30,802 nt of DNA from a virus (taxonomy: Duplodnaviria; Caudoviricetes): positions 1 to 30,802 of the IMG/VR virus record IMGVR_UViG_3300027828_000083; one strand, written 5' to 3'. Positions 8,991 through 18,127 of the stretch are shown here, one piece after another. The stretch's first letter is position 1. Each line of letters starts with the position of its first letter. The translations under genes and the position numbers were made by a program. The notes under the pieces are model-generated. The model was given only the letters and a program-made list of their open reading frames with translations, was not told the DNA's origin and did not search any database.

Positions 8991-9061
8991 AAAAAACACC
9001 GCCCACCCGCTTCCTTCTCTGAGACACCCCTTTCTAAAAATAGTTTTCAGGCGGGCGGTGC
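8991..9061 (-). terminator. Long-loop terminator-like hairpin overlapping the sigma-like gene stop
   Basis: 14-bp stem GCACCGCCCGCCUG (9061-9048) / CGGGUGGGCGGUGU (9009-8996), 38-nt loop, then U-run. Confidence 0.5.
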
Positions 9062-9937
9062 GTGCTCAGAACTCAGTTGTTTCCATCGCGCCCGTTGTGC
9101 ACGTGCTTCAAACTCTTTCTGACGCTTCAACGCCATCCGCCGTCTGGCGTCAATCTCGCTGAAGTCAGGCTCAGTGTCGCAGTATCCGATGAACCGCTCA
9201 GCACGCGTGTAATGTTGCAGTTTCTTGACAGCCACCAGCTCTATCTGCCTCACACGCTCCCGCGTTATCTTCCAGACGCACCCCGCTTCCTCCAGTGTCA
9301 ACGGTTTGACCCCAGCAATCATCCCGTACCTCATTGCGACAATCCCGCCCGTTCGTGCATCCATGCTCAACAGTTCCTGCCTCACCGCTTTCTTCAACTC
9401 TGCACGGGAAGCAATTTCATCCATCGGAACTTCGTAGGTCAGCGTGTCTGATATCGGTTCTGTCGGCACCGACTTTTTGTCAAACAGGCGTGACAAGCTC
9501 CATCGGCACTGATTGACCGTTGCTGTTGTCAGCGAACAGCGGACTGGTTTTTCGCTTATGTTGCGTGCCATCGCCATCCACACCTCGTGAGCGAACTCAG
9601 TGACGCTACCCACTGCCGCTATAACCTTACGCTTCATGAACTGGGCACGCGTGATGCGCCATTTCGCAATGGCAATGATTTCATCGGCTCGCTCGTAGAC
9701 ATCTGCTGGGTGCACCCATTCACCTTTGAATGGTGTTCGCTTCTCCGTGTTGTCTGGAACACCTGCGAGCACTGAATTCTGTCGGTGCTCCTCTTTCCGC
9801 TTGTCAAGTTCTTTCTGGCGACGTTGTTTGATGCGTTCTTCATTGCAGGCATCACAGAAATTCCGTGTCCGCCCCTTCCTGTGAACTGACCGCATCTCAA
9901 TCAGAACGCCGCATGACTTGCATATGACTCGTTTCAT
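9047..9937 (-). CDS. Sigma-70-like protein (clear region 4 HTH) with N-terminal Zn finger
   Basis: MRYGM..PLTLEEAGCVWKITRERVRQIELVAVKKLQ matches sigma70 region 4.2; degenerate region-2-like EFAHEVWMAM..SLTT; N-terminal CKSC...FCDAC. Start moved to ATG 9937 because the ORF-track start lies inside a terminator. Confidence 0.82.
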   Translation of the reverse strand: MKRVICKSCGVLIEMRSVHRKGRTRNFCDACNEERIKQRRQKELDKRKEEHRQNSVLAGVPDNTEKRTPFKGEWVHPADVYERADEIIAIAKWRITRAQFMKRKVIAAVGSVTEFAHEVWMAMARNISEKPVRCSLTTATVNQCRWSLSRLFDKKSVPTEPISDTLTYEVPMDEIASRAELKKAVRQELLSMDARTGGIVAMRYGMIAGVKPLTLEEAGCVWKITRERVRQIELVAVKKLQHYTRAERFIGYCDTEPDFSEIDARRRMALKRQKEFEARAQRARWKQLSSEHAPPA

Positions 9938-9965
9938 CGTTTCGCCCGTGTTTCCATCGCGCACG

Positions 9966-10005
9966 AAAAAACCGCCAGCAAGTGATGCAGCCACTCGCTG
10001 ACGGT
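9966..10005 (-). terminator. Intrinsic terminator/attenuator upstream of sigma-like gene
   Basis: 14-bp stem ACCGUCAGCGAGUG [GCUGCAU] CACUUGCUGGCGGU plus U-run. Confidence 0.8.
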
Positions 10006-10070
10006 CCTATTGATTCGGGATTTCGCCCCGTCTCAGTTCCATTGTTGCCGAGCTGCATTCGACGTGCAAG

Positions 10071-10100
10071 ACTCTACACAGTTCCTCGCAGCCGTTGCAA
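10071..10100 (-). promoter_or_regulatory. Candidate early promoter
   Basis: TTGCAA-N18-TAGAGT with A-rich upstream sequence at the late/early module boundary. Confidence 0.55.
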
Positions 10101-10143
10101 CCCCTTGTGGGTAGTTTTTCGGAAATTGTTCAGCGGTTCGGAA

Positions 10144-11712
10144 TCACTGACTCACACGCGTCACTGTCACGGATGTCGGTATCGCAGGGTCTGGAAACGC
10201 GGGCAGCAACGCATTTGCCGCTGTGTTGCTGTACAGCCCTCGCAGCGTCTGAAACGCAAGCGGCGTCCCCACTGTCGCCGACCACGGTATCAGGTCAAAC
10301 GTCGTTGTGCCGTCCTGCGTAAACGTGCCAGCAGGCCCCACATTGATGGTCCCGTAGTCCGTCTGAGCAACTGACTCACGATAGTCGGACGAGTCTGACG
10401 GGCTGTACTGCACGCCGAGGAAATGAGCCCCGTCGTCAATCGCCATCGCCTCAAGCATCGACGTGCCGGCAGTGATGGTCAGTGTCGGAATCTCCTGGTC
10501 CCACTTCAACACAATCTGCCGGACCCACTGATACGTTGGGTGCGTGTTGTCGACAGTCCACGTGATTTGACCGCCGCCGATTGCCGCCGTCACACCAGTG
10601 CCCGTCTTCAGGATTGCGGTGTTGCTTCCGAGGTGCAACGTCCATCCAGTGTGACCATTGATAGTGATTTGATACGTCTGCTCCTGATAGCTGAACTCAG
10701 GCGAGTAGTCGAGGTTTCGCAGTCGCACAAACGGTATCCATGACCGCCCCTTGCCTCTGTTCGCAGACGTGTACTGATACACAAATCGTCGTGTTCCACT
10801 GCTGGCTTTTGTTGTTGGGAGGTATGGACACGTCCGTCCCGGCGTCGCTGGCAAGTTCGGTCGCGGCGTGTATTGGATTCGCCACCAGACATCGAAGTAA
10901 TATCCGTCATTCAACGCGACAGAATCAACGTGCTGCCATGCCGTTGACGTGCTGTGCAACGCCCCAGATGCAGACGCGTTCACGTAGTGCTGGACGCGGT
11001 ACGGTGTCACAGATACGTAACTGTTTCCGAGTCGCTGATATGTCGGCTGAATCGCCTCTAGCGTTGATTCCAGCCACGTGGAAGCAGCGTGCGTTGCGCC
11101 GTAGGGATGAATCGGCAGTAGTGATAAAAACTGCGGGTCGCTGTGAGTCATCCTGTCCGACTGAAAGACGGCGTGCGAATTTGTTTGCAGCAACTTGTCA
11201 TGAATGCCCATCACCTGCGTTGAATACTGAGCGTATTGATCGTAACTGCTGCTGAATGAGTCGATGCCGATCCGGCCTGTGAACCGACTGAACCCGTACC
11301 GCCCATCGTGCGACGCGGGCAAATACACCTGACCGAATCCCGTTTTGTTCAGCCAGTCAAACGTCCCGCCATTGCTCGCCGGTGCGTCAATCTCGTACCG
11401 GATCGGATTCATGATTTCATCTATGCCGTTCGTCTGACAGTTCGGCGTTGTCAGGTGCGCATAGATGCAGTTCCAACTATCAGTGCCGCCCGTCGTCCCT
11501 GTTGACCACGTCGCCGTTGCGATGGACTCATAGTCAGCAACGCTCGACGCCTTGAAGTATCGGTAGAACTCACCGTAAAAGGGAACTGGGTCAACCCCTC
11601 CGCCGAGAGTCAGTTGCCGGTATGGACGTTTTCCAGACTGCCGGCCACGCACGAACTGATCAAACGTGGGCGTCCCTGTCATCGCTGTCAGCGGTCGGAA
11701 CGGGCGTCTCAC
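10144..11712 (-). CDS. Tail tip / receptor-binding protein (putative)
   Basis: Last tail-module gene; Thr/Ser/Tyr/Trp-rich; GTG 11712 overlaps upstream stop (GTGA). ORF track extends to 11775. Confidence 0.55.
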   Translation of the reverse strand: MRRPFRPLTAMTGTPTFDQFVRGRQSGKRPYRQLTLGGGVDPVPFYGEFYRYFKASSVADYESIATATWSTGTTGGTDSWNCIYAHLTTPNCQTNGIDEIMNPIRYEIDAPASNGGTFDWLNKTGFGQVYLPASHDGRYGFSRFTGRIGIDSFSSSYDQYAQYSTQVMGIHDKLLQTNSHAVFQSDRMTHSDPQFLSLLPIHPYGATHAASTWLESTLEAIQPTYQRLGNSYVSVTPYRVQHYVNASASGALHSTSTAWQHVDSVALNDGYYFDVWWRIQYTPRPNLPATPGRTCPYLPTTKASSGTRRFVYQYTSANRGKGRSWIPFVRLRNLDYSPEFSYQEQTYQITINGHTGWTLHLGSNTAILKTGTGVTAAIGGGQITWTVDNTHPTYQWVRQIVLKWDQEIPTLTITAGTSMLEAMAIDDGAHFLGVQYSPSDSSDYRESVAQTDYGTINVGPAGTFTQDGTTTFDLIPWSATVGTPLAFQTLRGLYSNTAANALLPAFPDPAIPTSVTVTRVSQ

Positions 11713-13619
11713 GTTTGCTGCACTCCACGATCCACAATCAGCACGGTAAACGGTCCTGAGTCGTCGAACTCCCAACGCCGTTCTACGATTTGAACGTACC
11801 GTGGTGCGGACGCTGTATCACTGGCAGCGTCCAGACTCACTTCACGGCCTTCGATCTTCGTGATGAGGTCGCCAATCTTGTACTCGATGTGCAGTCCCGG
11901 CAGCCGAAATTCGCAACTCATATCCGCCATGTCGTTCTTGTCGCGGATGGCTTCCGCATAGCTCTGAATGTCGTCGGTGTCGTCCCGCTCGTCAGCTCCG
12001 TTGTCGTTCGATGATTGCAAATGAAACGTGCTGACAAACTCACCAGCGTCCTGACGTTTCCGAAACAGAAACTTGTGCGGCATGTCCAGCAGCAACTCAT
12101 TCGTCCGACCATTAACCGCTGAGTCCTGTTTCAGAGCTTCCCCCTCAATACGTTCGTCGACTGTGATGGTCCCGGTAATCCGCATCCGCAGATTATCACC
12201 GGCGTCGAACAAGTCCTGCGGTGGCGTGTCACCGTCGAAGTAAATTCCGATCTGGTCTGGAAGCAACCGCACCGACCAGTCCTCAGGAACCACCTGCCAG
12301 ACAGGGTCGTTCGACTCGTCCAGTTCAACAGCATACTCAACCCAAAACGGGCGACGTTCTTTTTTGTCGGGATCGGAATGCTGGCCCATGTACGTCAGCG
12401 GTTCTTCGAGCACCCTGCGTCGCGCTACCCACGGATCACTAATATCTGACAGGTCTGGTATCAACGGGTCATTACCGAGTCGGGTTTCTGTCGGGTCAAG
12501 CGTTCCGTCTTCGTTCGCGATGAACAACCGCCAGACGTTTTCATTGCCCTGCCCGTACTGACCGCCCTCGCTCAACTTGGCAAGTTCTGACGGTGTCGTT
12601 TCGTCTTCTGACTCAGGCCATCCGGGGTAAAGCGGCAGTGTCACCTCATATTGCTTGTAAGCCCCCAGCACTCGCACCTGATTGAACGCGTCGCCGATGT
12701 CACGCTCTACCGCATACTGATTCAGGTTCGACCATGCCAGGTTCAGCACCTCACCCGGTGCCTGATAATACAATTCCTTCTCGTCACCCTCGCCGATTTC
12801 GAACAACGTAATTTTCGGCTTCTCGTTTCCCTCACCATAGTCAACGTACCAGTTGTAGCCGTGAGGAATTAGTAACGCGTCGAGACACTGAGGCAGATAC
12901 CACCCGAGAGGGATTGTGATATCCCGTATTTCCGGTGCACCGCTCAGCACAGTGAAGTCAGTGGGGTTGTCGATGAACTCCTGATCCTCATTGAGCAACG
13001 CGCACATTGCCTCAATAGTCTCAGTCAACACCCACTCTCCTGCCTCGTTGGTGTCATGGTACGTTCGGCTCTGTTCCGTCCATCCAGACTCACCGTGCAG
13101 CCAGTACCAACCTTCACCGCTGTCTGTGCTTTTGTCCGAACGGTTGAATCTGACCTGTCCGTCAATGGTCGGGTTGAACGTGACCGGATAGGGAATGGTG
13201 GCGTCCGCTTCGTTGATGGGATCGTAGACCAGCATCCCCTTGACCGGCGTTCCGAAATGATACGGACGCATTTGTGATTGAGCTGTGAGAGACTCGCTGC
13301 CCTGCTCGACGCGTTCCGATTCTGTCACGTAGTCGCCACGATGCAGCCGCGTATCACCGCCGTCAGGCAACGTCACTTCAACCACGCGAGTGAAGTCTGA
13401 CGGCTGCACGCGATTGATGAGATTCGTTGTCAACCCGTAGCGAATGTCAGCAAAATCCAACCGGCTGCCGCTGGCAGACTGCACGACACGGATTGCGTGA
13501 GCACCCTCAAACTCATCTGTTGAACCGGGAGGGTCACCGCTGTCGGGACCAAGCAGCGTGTTCCACCGCGGGTAGACGAAGAACGACTCGTCACCAGTGT
13601 TTAGAGCGTCGGTGCCCAT
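11709..13619 (-). CDS. Tail hub/baseplate protein (putative)
   Basis: 636 aa, acidic; FNQVRVLG and YKIGDLITKIEG..QIVERRW segments typical of hub proteins; position after TMP and Dit-like gene. Confidence 0.6.
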   Translation of the reverse strand: MGTDALNTGDESFFVYPRWNTLLGPDSGDPPGSTDEFEGAHAIRVVQSASGSRLDFADIRYGLTTNLINRVQPSDFTRVVEVTLPDGGDTRLHRGDYVTESERVEQGSESLTAQSQMRPYHFGTPVKGMLVYDPINEADATIPYPVTFNPTIDGQVRFNRSDKSTDSGEGWYWLHGESGWTEQSRTYHDTNEAGEWVLTETIEAMCALLNEDQEFIDNPTDFTVLSGAPEIRDITIPLGWYLPQCLDALLIPHGYNWYVDYGEGNEKPKITLFEIGEGDEKELYYQAPGEVLNLAWSNLNQYAVERDIGDAFNQVRVLGAYKQYEVTLPLYPGWPESEDETTPSELAKLSEGGQYGQGNENVWRLFIANEDGTLDPTETRLGNDPLIPDLSDISDPWVARRRVLEEPLTYMGQHSDPDKKERRPFWVEYAVELDESNDPVWQVVPEDWSVRLLPDQIGIYFDGDTPPQDLFDAGDNLRMRITGTITVDERIEGEALKQDSAVNGRTNELLLDMPHKFLFRKRQDAGEFVSTFHLQSSNDNGADERDDTDDIQSYAEAIRDKNDMADMSCEFRLPGLHIEYKIGDLITKIEGREVSLDAASDTASAPRYVQIVERRWEFDDSGPFTVLIVDRGVQQT

Positions 13620-13900
13620 TACTCATCCGCTTCAATGTCATCCGACACGACAGTCAACGCGGGTGGTTCTGTTGCGTTCCATTCTTCGCGGAACAAATGC
13701 TGGCTGACGTAGTCCGGGTACACCAACGCGAACGCTTCGTCCGGCGTTGTTGCTCCCGTGCATTTTGCGTGCTCAGCGTCAGTGAGTTCCTGTCGCTGAT
13801 ACCGCCCACGAAACGACCCGGGTGATTCCTGCGAACCGTGCAGGATTTCGTAAGCCGCATCACAGTCGCAGCCGTTCGGGAGTTGTGTCTTGTCAATCAT
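13619..13900 (-). CDS. Hypothetical tail-module protein
   Basis: MIDKTQ start with ATGA overlap; stop overlaps the next start (TAATG). Confidence 0.6.
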   Translation of the reverse strand: MIDKTQLPNGCDCDAAYEILHGSQESPGSFRGRYQRQELTDAEHAKCTGATTPDEAFALVYPDYVSQHLFREEWNATEPPALTVVSDDIEADE

Positions 13901-14298
13901 GATGCCACCTGCCTGAATCGAAGTTTGCCGCGTTGCTGCCACCCATTCTGACCGCTGCCGTCTTTCCACGGCGGTTCGTCTGGTTCATACCCGGTGAATA
14001 TGCAGTTTGTGTAGGATGACGAATCACCGCCACCGAGGTCTACCGTCAAAGTTCCCGTCAGTGTTTCCTGCTTCGTGCCAATTGTAGCGATGTCCGCCAG
14101 AAGCAAAGCCATTGTCGCGTAGTTGTAGAAATGAACGTCAATCGTGATTTCGTGTGCGTGCCTCACCCCTGTGAGTTGATATTGACCAACCACGCCGAAG
14201 AATCGCTGGATAGTTTTCCCGACTTCCCATTGTGGCACGATCGGCGTACCGTGGATGCCGGGATCTTCAAACGTGTAACTGTCGAGGGTGATTGTCAT
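13897..14298 (-). CDS. Distal tail (Dit-like) protein (putative)
   Basis: 133 aa, beta-rich, immediately after TMP; assignment is by synteny. Confidence 0.55.
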   Translation of the reverse strand: MTITLDSYTFEDPGIHGTPIVPQWEVGKTIQRFFGVVGQYQLTGVRHAHEITIDVHFYNYATMALLLADIATIGTKQETLTGTLTVDLGGGDSSSYTNCIFTGYEPDEPPWKDGSGQNGWQQRGKLRFRQVAS

Positions 14299-14461
14299 GA
14301 GAATTCATGTCAACGTGTGGGAAGTGCTGTGCCGATTGCTGTCGGTGTACGTGTTTCTGTGTTGTGTCGCTGCTGGCGTTATGGGTATCGGATGGCCGCT
14401 GCACCTTGCCGCCTGTGGTGTGTTTGTGCTGGAAATGTCACGGCAACGTAGCTGCCGGTAG
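14297..14461 (+). CDS. Small antisense membrane protein (54 aa, two hydrophobic segments)
   Basis: MRIHVNVWEVLCRLLSVYVFLCCVAAGVMGIGWPLHLAACGVFVLEMSRQRSCR*; GAGG upstream; fills the gap between TMP and the Dit-like gene. Confidence 0.5.
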   Translation: MRIHVNVWEVLCRLLSVYVFLCCVAAGVMGIGWPLHLAACGVFVLEMSRQRSCR

Positions 14462-16162
14462 TGGTGCCTCTTTCGGTCGCTGCTGTGGTCCCTGAACCAC
14501 CACTTTCTTTTCGTTCTGCTGCTGCTGTATCTGGTTTGCTGCACGCTGCAATTCAATCAGCTCCGCCAATGCTGCGTTGAGTTCCTCACGCCCTTGAGCA
14601 CTGATCTCCTGTTCGAACAGTCCCTTTGCCGTTGTTGCTGACTGCAAGGCAGTAAACACCGCCCTGAACTCATCGCCACCCGATGCAATCTGCCCCTGCA
14701 TCTTTCGACGTTCAAGAGGGATACGTGCTGCGTCGAGACCAGGCAAGTCAATGCGGTTTACTGTGCGGTCGAATATCTCTAACGCCTGACCACGCAACCC
14801 GCGGTCGCCTTCTGTCTCGATGAACTGCCGCTGTGCCGCTCCTCTGTTTGATGCACGAAGCCCCGATGTTGCTGCATCGACACCAGACGCTAGCCCCTCA
14901 TACTCGCCAGCCGCCTCATCAATGCCAGTGATTTTGTTCTCGGCTTTTGCCAACCACCCCATCGCCCGCTCGGACCCGCTGACCAGCTCCACCTTCCCGA
15001 TTTTTGTTTCTGACTCTCTCAGGGTGTCGATGAATTGATTCCGCAGTCCTTCGTTCTGCCGCATCATCTGTTCACGCTCTTCGAGCGACCGTGTCGAGGT
15101 AAACTGACTGATCAATGCTTTTGAGACAGTTGCCTCAGACCCGTCTTTCAGCGTTGCCCTTTCTTGCGGAATAAACTTGTCCACATCCGACACGTATTGT
15201 CGCAGACCGGTCGCTGTTACTGAGCCTGTCTGGTCTTTTGCCGCTTGCGAGAACACTGCCGCATGTTCGAGAGCCTGCTCAGTCGTCATCGCGTCGACGT
15301 TCTGCCGTTCCGCGGTCGCCGCTGCCAATGCTCCACCAATTGCCTGAGCAAACTGAGCCGGGTCGTCTGCCCGCACTTCTGATAACACCTGGCTCATTTG
15401 CCCTAAGGCACCCTCGAAGTTGTCTGAGCCTGCTAGTGAGGTGATATCAAGTGCGGCACCCGCGTAAGCGTTAGCGGCCTCAGCATCACCAGCGGACAGC
15501 CTTAGCGCCGCTCCAGCAACTTTACCAGCTTCTTCGAGGTCTTTCGCACCCGCGCTGATGGCGTTGGCAATCAGATTCCCATAACCCTCCTGAGTCGTAC
15601 CCGTCTCCACCGCACCAGCACGGATCATGTCCCGCGCTTTTCCGATGTTGGCGGCGCCGATGTTGGGAGCAATATCTGCAATGACTTGCTCCAGAGAACG
15701 GTTAGTCTGAGCCGCGGCAATCTTCAACCGGTCCGCCTTTTCCAACTCCGCGACAACCATCGACACGGTCTGATGCAGTCCCATCATTCCGGCTGCCATC
15801 TTCGCCACCGAAGTGACGCCACCTGCCGCCGCCGAACGTAGACCCGCCGTCTGCTGATTCACTCCGCCAAGTTCACCCTTCGCACCTTTGAGCGAACTCC
15901 GCAACCGGTCAACCTTCGCACGCTGCTTCTCGAATTCCTTCGTGCCCATCGCCATCCGCTTCAACGCGGATTCGTTGTCCTTCAACTCCTTCTCAAGGGC
16001 AGCAAACGAACCTTCAGCCAACTTCGCCGATTTCTTGCTGGTCGTTCCGGTCTTCTCCAGTTTCTTTTCGGTCTCATCCAGTCGCTTGTTCAGCTTCTCA
16101 AACGCTTTCAGAACCTGCTGCTGCGTGGCGATGTACTCGACCTCAATCTTTTCATTGGCCAT
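14438..16162 (-). CDS. Tail tape measure protein
   Basis: 574 aa, Ala/Gly-rich helical protein with N-terminal coiled coil; follows chaperone-like gene. Confidence 0.8.
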   Translation of the reverse strand: MANEKIEVEYIATQQQVLKAFEKLNKRLDETEKKLEKTGTTSKKSAKLAEGSFAALEKELKDNESALKRMAMGTKEFEKQRAKVDRLRSSLKGAKGELGGVNQQTAGLRSAAAGGVTSVAKMAAGMMGLHQTVSMVVAELEKADRLKIAAAQTNRSLEQVIADIAPNIGAANIGKARDMIRAGAVETGTTQEGYGNLIANAISAGAKDLEEAGKVAGAALRLSAGDAEAANAYAGAALDITSLAGSDNFEGALGQMSQVLSEVRADDPAQFAQAIGGALAAATAERQNVDAMTTEQALEHAAVFSQAAKDQTGSVTATGLRQYVSDVDKFIPQERATLKDGSEATVSKALISQFTSTRSLEEREQMMRQNEGLRNQFIDTLRESETKIGKVELVSGSERAMGWLAKAENKITGIDEAAGEYEGLASGVDAATSGLRASNRGAAQRQFIETEGDRGLRGQALEIFDRTVNRIDLPGLDAARIPLERRKMQGQIASGGDEFRAVFTALQSATTAKGLFEQEISAQGREELNAALAELIELQRAANQIQQQQNEKKVVVQGPQQRPKEAPLPAATLP

Positions 16163-16847
16163 CGTCTTCGCCCTTTCGATGCAGCTTCAACGTAGCAAGA
16201 ACAGTGTCGATGATATGCCGCTTCCGTGTCCACAGATTCAGCATCACAGCAACCTCAGGCGTCAGGCGATAATTGACCCGCAGCAACTTCAGCAGCCACG
16301 TGACCTGCTCAACTGGGTCAACTTCAAACACCATCGACTTCACGCCGAAAGACTCTCCTAGATAGCGGTCCTGCATCAGCTTCGCTTCGTCACACATCCA
16401 CGAGAACTGACGGATAGGCTCCCACCGCATCGACCCGTCGTCGTTGTAAACCGCCCGCGCATCAACCGTATCAGGCGTCGGCAGTATCCACTTCTGCCCA
16501 CCGAATTCGACCAGTGCACCCTCCTGCGTGTAATGCCGACGCAGTTCCGATTCCTTCGGCGGCTTGTCGTTCCAGATGCCGACGTAGTACAGCGGGTTGC
16601 CATCTTCGTCTTTCAGGACCGATGGCTCCCACGTCTGTTCGTCAGGTCGGTAGACAATGCGAGCGTTCTGCGGGGAGGTCCAGTTGCACAACAGGCCGTC
16701 GAGGTCACGCGGCCCCTGTGCCCGGAGCGTTTCCATACCTTCGAACAAGTCACTCAAGTCAGCCCGCTTGGTGATTTGCTGCAACTGGTCCGGGTTCTCT
16801 GACGCCTTTTTCGCATCGACGCCAGGTAGAAATATCTGGAAATGCAC
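16152..16847 (-). CDS. Hypothetical protein, tail assembly chaperone position
   Basis: 231 aa directly upstream of TMP; synteny only. Confidence 0.5.
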   Translation of the reverse strand: MHFQIFLPGVDAKKASENPDQLQQITKRADLSDLFEGMETLRAQGPRDLDGLLCNWTSPQNARIVYRPDEQTWEPSVLKDEDGNPLYYVGIWNDKPPKESELRRHYTQEGALVEFGGQKWILPTPDTVDARAVYNDDGSMRWEPIRQFSWMCDEAKLMQDRYLGESFGVKSMVFEVDPVEQVTWLLKLLRVNYRLTPEVAVMLNLWTRKRHIIDTVLATLKLHRKGEDDGQ

Positions 16848-16859
16848 CGGCCATCCTTT

Positions 16860-17225
16860 TCACACACCGTACACGCAGACAAGCACCTGACAAGATGCCG
16901 TGTTGGCTTTCAGGTACAGCGTTGTCGCACCGCCGTCCAGTTCGAGCAGGTTCGGGAAACTCGATGGCTTGAGCCGCCCGATGTAGCTTCCCGTCGCGTT
17001 GCCGTACTGGACGTAATTCGTCGAGTCGAGGTTGTACAGGTAGCACAGCCCCGGTGTCGTCACGTCGGTGAACGTCAGCGACTCTTCGCTCGTTCCAACC
17101 GCAACAACACGCTTGAACAATTCAACCGCTGACTGGTCGACCTGGATGCGTCCTGGGTTGAAGTCGTCAGGCAGGGAAGAGTTCGCCAACTGCACCCGCA
17201 AGTTCACCGTGATTTCATCAGCCAT
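16860..17225 (-). CDS. Putative virion structural protein
   Basis: 121 aa, beta-rich, in tail operon. Confidence 0.6.
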   Translation of the reverse strand: MADEITVNLRVQLANSSLPDDFNPGRIQVDQSAVELFKRVVAVGTSEESLTFTDVTTPGLCYLYNLDSTNYVQYGNATGSYIGRLKPSSFPNLLELDGGATTLYLKANTASCQVLVCVYGV

Positions 17226-17235
17226 CGTTCAAACC

Positions 17236-18126
17236 TTATGTGATTGCAGACGCTGCCGAAGCTGTCAGTGTCTTGCCCTTGAGTGTGATCGTTGTGGTTC
17301 CGTTGCTGTTGTCAGACGCTTCCATTGACTCGACGGTTTTCAGCCCGGCTGCAAAGGTGATTTTGATGTGCTCGGCAGTACCGTCCGACACATACAACCC
17401 TGAGTCGTCACGTTTTCGAAAGTAGACATTCGCTGCGGTCATTGCCGTCCAGCCACCTGCCGGCGTCGCTTCTGCAAAGTCATCAACCACGATTTCAATC
17501 ATCGGTGCGACTTCCTGAATCGACACAAGAACCGGGTACGGTTGCCCCTTCTCGCGAGACTTCACGACGGTGATTCCCGGAACCACTCGCACCGACTGAA
17601 CGCCCTCCACGTCCGTCCCGTTGAAGTCCACAATCCCGAGGCTGAATTCAGCATTGAACGACTGAGCTGCGAGAGCCTGACCCGTTGACAGTGTCGCCGC
17701 TTTTGTCTCACCGTCGCTGCTGATCCAATGAATGTCACACGTGCAGGACGCCCCCTGTTCCTCATCCTGCGACGCCTCAATGGATGTCGGCACAATCAGG
17801 CAGTTCGAACCGCTGAGAGCGTTGTGGTTCGACCCTGAGGCGAAGAACGCAGCCTGAGACCGTTCCTTGTACGGCACCGTGACAGTCCCGGATGCTACGC
17901 CCAGTCCTGCGGAGATGAATGTGTTGGTATTTAATGCAATCAACGCGGCAAGGTCGGCACTGCTGATTGTCGTGACCTCTTCCGCAGTGATACCAGAAAC
18001 CTGCGATACGGTGGCACCGCCGCTGGTCGTTGCCTGCCGTGTCGTCTGGTTCACACGGTGGCTGCTGTTCGTCACCTGTCGAATGTTCGTGCCGTCGAAT
18101 ACGGCGTCAGCTACAACCACAGTCAT
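17236..18126 (-). CDS. Major tail tube protein (putative)
   Basis: 296 aa, Ser/Thr/Ala-rich, after neck genes. Confidence 0.55.
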   Translation of the reverse strand: MTVVVADAVFDGTNIRQVTNSSHRVNQTTRQATTSGGATVSQVSGITAEEVTTISSADLAALIALNTNTFISAGLGVASGTVTVPYKERSQAAFFASGSNHNALSGSNCLIVPTSIEASQDEEQGASCTCDIHWISSDGETKAATLSTGQALAAQSFNAEFSLGIVDFNGTDVEGVQSVRVVPGITVVKSREKGQPYPVLVSIQEVAPMIEIVVDDFAEATPAGGWTAMTAANVYFRKRDDSGLYVSDGTAEHIKITFAAGLKTVESMEASDNSNGTTTITLKGKTLTASAASAIT

Positions 18127-18127
18127 T

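Noticed and set aside
9938-9994. ORF-track start of the sigma-like gene (MAASLAGGFF)
   Set aside because: This is the translation of the terminator stem and U-run.
14305-14556. 83-aa minus ORF and 62-aa Cys-rich plus ORF (14307-14495)
   Set aside because: Long overlaps with TMP and compositions explained as alternative frames of the 54-aa hydrophobic ORF.
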